This document shows positions 63,708-64,000 of a DNA stretch of 64,000 nt, in pieces. The notes below the pieces were generated by a model, which worked only from the letters and a program-made list of their open reading frames with translations, was not told the origin of the DNA and did no database searches. This stretch comes from Takakia lepidozioides (Eukaryota; Plantae; Bryophyta): assembly GCA_030704615.1 (NCBI GenBank), contig CM060733.1:67518001-67582000 (forward strand), read 5' to 3'. Position 1 is the first letter of the stretch; every line of letters begins with the position of its first letter. A program made the translations under genes and the position numbers.

Positions 63708-64000
63708 CTATGCACCAGCAGCAAAGGCACCCATCTGTAACAGCTCTTGAGCAAAACATTCCAGCATGGTCTGTCTCTCATTCTATAATTGCCTTCTTCT
63801 GCATTATTTTCATAAATGCTGTCCCCAGTCAATCCTGCCCCATCAAACTGGGCACTGGGTAATTGGCCAGAATCGTTTGCCAAGCATGGACTTCAGTACA
63901 AATCTATTTTCTATGCCATTTCTGATGACCAGTTGCTGCATAGAGTAAATCTTCAATGATCTCAAGAGTGAGGTCAGACCTTCTGACAAGCCATAATTGC

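Overview
Eukaryotic, spliced, transposon-rich DNA, most likely from a land plant with long introns. Two host genes converge from the ends of the window. The 3' exons of ATG9 lie on + (6430-7901). About 20 exons of a VIH/PPIP5K inositol pyrophosphate kinase-phosphatase lie on - (37907 to beyond 63707), and their introns are packed with two LINE families and one TRIM whose LTRs contain a tRNA-like sequence. The 30-kb intergenic region holds an Argonaute N-domain fragment, a CACTA transposase remnant, Ty3/gypsy debris and SINE-like elements. The main finding is a 15.1-kb DNA transposon (14072-29157; 22-bp TIRs, 6-bp TATGCA duplication). It encodes (i) a MULE/IS256-type DDE transposase with a SWIM finger, (ii) a divergently transcribed spliced gene joining a ParB/Srx-like domain (DGNHR) to a beta-class DNA amino-methyltransferase fold, and (iii) a head-to-head pair of paralogous ~190-aa orphan genes. 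Its non-coding DNA carries roughly 45 copies of the palindrome GGAAATGCGGNNCCGCATTTCC, about 30 of them phased at ~53 bp between the two main genes, and others inside introns. This suggests, by inference only, a self-targeting ParB/parS-like epigenetic or anti-silencing module on a eukaryotic transposon. All family assignments come from recognising motifs by eye; no database search was run.
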